Shown here: piece by piece, positions 1 to 1,468 of the stretch
How the letters are laid out: every line of letters starts with the position of its first letter
How positions within the stretch are numbered: position 1 is the stretch's first letter
The notes under the pieces: model-generated
What the model was told of the DNA's origin: nothing
What the model saw: only the letters and a program-made list of their open reading frames with translations
Database searches by the model: none
From: Naegleria gruberi
Lineage: Eukaryota
Strand: one strand, 5' to 3'
Length of the DNA: 1,468 bases
Assembly: GCA_000004985.1 (NCBI GenBank)
Contig: GG739414.1
Program-made: the position numbers and the translations under genes

Positions 1-18
1 TGTAACTACTCTACAATA

Positions 19-121
19 GTAAGTATTAGTAGGAATCGTATTACTAACATGATTAATATCTTGAGTCCATCAATTTAAACAATATGAATATATACACTAA
101 CATGATTCATCCACAATGTAG
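19..121 (+). other. Intron-like signal set: GTAAGT 19-24, TACTAAC 42-48, AG 64-65, then a second (C)ACTAAC 95-101 and TAG 119-121.
   Basis: Order and spacing fit a yeast-type intron: 5' splice site, branch point 23 nt downstream, and an AG 18 nt after the branch A. The first candidate acceptor is GAG, which is disfavoured. The better YAG (TAG 119-121) lies 18 nt after the second ACTAAC. No convincing flanking exons are visible, and the motif composition could arise from local low complexity. Confidence 0.2.
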
Positions 122-204
122 GTTATATTGTTACAATTTCATTAGTTTGCTAATGTTACACTTTCACTTGTCCATTATTATTGTGGGTTATTGTTTAAGG
201 TAAG

Positions 205-226
205 TAGGTAGTAGTAGTAGTAGTAT
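205..226 (+). repeat. (TAG)n microsatellite: TAG-G then a perfect (TAG)5 at 209-223.
   Basis: Seen directly. It is preceded by GTAAGT at 200-205. Confidence 0.9.
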
Positions 227-640
227 TGATGAATAATCCTATAAAAACCCTAGTTGGATTCATTGAAGAGATTAAAGCCTGTGTATGTTGGGTATGTTAT
301 AATATTGATCATGATGTTTAATCCTCTCTCTATTGGTATAAAATCTCTCTATTGTAGGAACAATTGGAAACTCTAACTCAATATTGAATGAGTGAGATTC
401 ATCTCTATTATGATTGTTTGTAATAATACTTTCAATCCGAGTAACTAGTATCATTTATCAACCCAATCGAACCTTAGCAGATTGAATTACAAGTAAGGAT
501 TTCATAAGCTTTGTAATAGTTCTATTGTAAATAGACAAACTCTATTGTAGAATACTATAACTATATTGAATTATTGTCAATGTAAGTAGTACATTCCAAC
601 CTCTCACATTACAATCATGTTGATTAGAAACTTGTTCAAT

Positions 641-745
641 AGTTGTTGTTAGTAGTAGTAGATGGATTAGTGGTTGACATTGTTCATTCAACTCGTCAAG
701 TGGTCATTCACTAGTTGTTGTTAGTAGTAGATGGATTAGTGGTTG
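641..745 (+). repeat. Direct duplication with about 72-bp period: AGTTGTTGTTAGTAG(TAG)TAGATGGATTAGTGGTTG at 641-676 and 713-745. It contains (GTT)3(TAG)3-4.
   Basis: The two copies are identical apart from one TAG unit (36 nt versus 33 nt). The flanking TTCAMT before each copy and GTTGA after each copy are also shared. Confidence 0.9.
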
Positions 746-854
746 TTGATGAAATGTTGTTAATGACAGAGTGTGATTCCTAACTAGAAAGGAATCAGTC
801 TCGGAATGTGAAAAATCACTTGGTGATCAATAAAATCGATACATTGAATTTGTT

Positions 855-1003
855 TGACTAACTAATTTACTAATCTGTTTTGTTCAGCACTTCGTTTTGG
901 TTTACTGACGAAAATGCTATTAGTAACTCTGATCAGTATTTCTTTCAGTAACAAAAAGTCTCCACTATTTTACGGACTGACTATTTCGTGCACCAATTAG
1001 TAA
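855..1003. promoter_or_regulatory. Cluster of AP-1/Yap-type heptamers: TGACTAA 855-861, TTACTAA 867-873, TTAGTAA 920-926, TTAGTAA 997-1003.
   Basis: There are exact matches to the S. cerevisiae Yap1 response element variants TTACTAA (and its reverse complement TTAGTAA) and TGACTAA. Four fall within 150 bp, about 330-475 bp upstream of ATG 1330. In this AT-rich window roughly two such heptamers are expected by chance, so the clustering is only mildly suggestive. Confidence 0.2.
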
Positions 1004-1015
1004 CTGTTCAGTATT
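919..1015 (+). repeat. Imperfect direct repeat ATTAGTAACT-(ctga/gt)-TCAGTATT at 919-940 and 996-1015.
   Basis: A shared 10-mer ATTAGTAACT and 8-mer TCAGTATT appear in the same order, separated by a 4-nt versus 2-nt spacer. The two copies are 77 bp apart. Confidence 0.7.
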
Positions 1016-1026
1016 GCTGAGTGGTA

Positions 1027-1074
1027 TTTTTTCAGTTTTTTGCGATATTTTTTATTGCCACGGAAGTGTTTTTT
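1027..1074 (+). promoter_or_regulatory. Cluster of four T6 tracts (1027-1032, 1036-1041, 1048-1053, 1069-1074). Candidate poly(dA:dT) nucleosome-excluding element of the downstream promoter.
   Basis: The four T6 runs within 48 bp are seen directly. Poly(dA:dT) tracts are established nucleosome-depleting elements in yeast promoters. Applying that here is inference and assumes a yeast-like host. Confidence 0.3.
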
Positions 1075-1258
1075 ATTACTGACTGAAGGCTAAAACTGAG
1101 GGGTAGAAAAACCGCCATTCGGGCATCTTGAAAACCAACATACGAGTGATAAATTTAAAGCAAATCCTCTAGGTGCACACTTACCAGTAAATATTCAACA
1201 ACACTAGTGTTGGGCGATGCTATTTGCTATTGATTCACGCGATCTCCTCTAAGGTCCT

Positions 1259-1329
1259 TATTTAAAAACAAGTATTCTTAATGGAATAAAAGTATTTATA
1301 CACTTGCACAAGTTTTGACTGTAAAAAAA
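1259..1329 (+). promoter_or_regulatory. Core-promoter candidate: TATA-like TATTTAAA (1259-1266) and TATTTATA (1293-1300), and an A8 run (1323-1329) abutting the ATG.
   Basis: TATA-like octamers lie about 70 and 37 bp upstream of ATG 1330, and the A-rich -1 to -8 context is seen directly. A functional TATA and the transcription start site are inferred, not shown. A minimal upstream ATG-GAA-TAA lies at 1281-1289. Confidence 0.3.
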
Positions 1330-1468
1330 ATGAAATTAACCATCTTGCTGGAGAAGAGAGCAGTTTTGCTTGTAGTTTTGCTCTTCTTCTTTGCCTTGAT
1401 TACTTTTATTAAGGCTGACAATGATGTTGCATTAAGTTCATGCCCTACTGACCCATTGTGTAAGGGGA
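1330..1468 (+). CDS. 5' end (46 codons, continues past the window) of a gene for a secreted or membrane-anchored protein of unknown product. Translation: MKLTILLEKRAVLLVVLLFFFALITFIKA|DNDVALSSCPTDPLCKG.
   Basis: ATG 1330 is the first in-frame ATG after an in-frame TAA at 1279-1281. It is preceded by the A8 run 1323-1329, an A-rich initiation context typical of yeast. The N-terminus reads as a signal peptide: basic n-region (K2, K9, R10), a 17-residue hydrophobic core, and I-K-A before a polar, Cys-containing sequence. The frame stays open to the window end. The ORF track omits it only because it is shorter than the track threshold inside the window. Confidence 0.5.
   Translation, partial: MKLTILLEKRAVLLVVLLFFFALITFIKADNDVALSSCPTDPLCKG

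Noticed and set aside
84-203. A 39-codon + strand ORF (MNIYTNMIHPQCRLYCYNFISLLMLHFHLSIIIVGYCLR) with a hydrophobic C-terminal half.
   Set aside because: It is below any sensible length threshold. Its I/L/F/Y/N-rich composition is what AT-rich DNA encodes by default, and the chance probability of an open run this long here is high. It also spans the putative intron signals.
272-454. The 60-aa minus-strand ORF from the track (MILVTRIESIITNNHNRDESHSFNIELEFPIVPTIERFYTNRERIKHHDQYYNIPNIHRL).
   Set aside because: It sits just at threshold length in AT-rich sequence, where stop-free runs of this length occur by chance. It has a low-complexity composition and no supporting promoter or initiation context, and it overlaps locally repetitive CTCTCTATTG sequence. 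I treat it as a chance ORF.
463-473. A tRNA B-box-like GGTTCGATTGG on the minus strand.
   Set aside because: The flanking bases cannot form the 5-bp T-stem: positions equivalent to 53/61 and 52/62 are G-G. There is no A-box or D-arm and no acceptor-stem pairing. It is not a tRNA, and at most a coincidental match.
641-745. A CRISPR-like reading of the two direct repeats.
   Set aside because: There are only two copies, and they are built from trinucleotide microsatellite with a length difference of one unit. There is no regular repeat-spacer architecture, and the surrounding sequence is eukaryote-like. It is a tandem duplication or minisatellite, not a CRISPR array.
227-752. C/D-box snoRNA candidates from TGATGA (box C-like) at 227-232 and 747-752.
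   Set aside because: There is no CTGA box D at the expected 60-120 nt downstream, and no terminal stem. TGATGA is expected by chance in this composition.
1-840. A solo LTR (Ty-like) or other transposon remnant that would explain the low-complexity block.
   Set aside because: I could find no TG...CA terminal inverted boundaries, no target-site duplication and no resemblance to delta, sigma or tau LTR sequences that I can recall. It cannot be excluded without a database search, but nothing in the sequence supports it.
815-917. A point-centromere reading: CDEI-like ATCACTTG (815-822), followed by an AT-rich stretch and CGAAAA (908-913).
   Set aside because: There is no CDEIII TTCCGAA core, the CDEI has a mismatch at a conserved position, and the intervening segment is not AT-rich enough for CDEII.
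1-1468. An ARS consensus (WTTTAYRTTTW) scan for a replication origin.
   Set aside because: I found no exact 11/11 match on either strand by eye. The near matches at 1293-1303 and 1258-1268 fail at conserved positions.

Overview
This window is AT-rich (roughly two-thirds A+T by eye) and low in complexity. About 1.3 kb of it (1-1329) carries no ORF above the track threshold. The only convincing gene starts at ATG 1330 on the + strand, encodes a signal-peptide-like N-terminus and runs off the 3' edge of the window. The sequence looks like a eukaryotic nuclear intergenic or promoter region, most likely from a budding-yeast-like genome. The cues are GTAAGT / TACTAAC / AG splice-like signals, an A8 run directly before the ATG, no Shine-Dalgarno, TAG/GTT trinucleotide runs and T6 tracts. 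I cannot identify the organism, and a plant or other AT-rich eukaryote is not excluded. I see no CRISPR array, tRNA, rRNA, recognisable mobile element or prokaryotic defence-type system. What can be supported is a set of direct repeats, microsatellites and clustered candidate regulatory motifs in an unusually long upstream region. All functional readings of these are inference from motif resemblance, not demonstrated.
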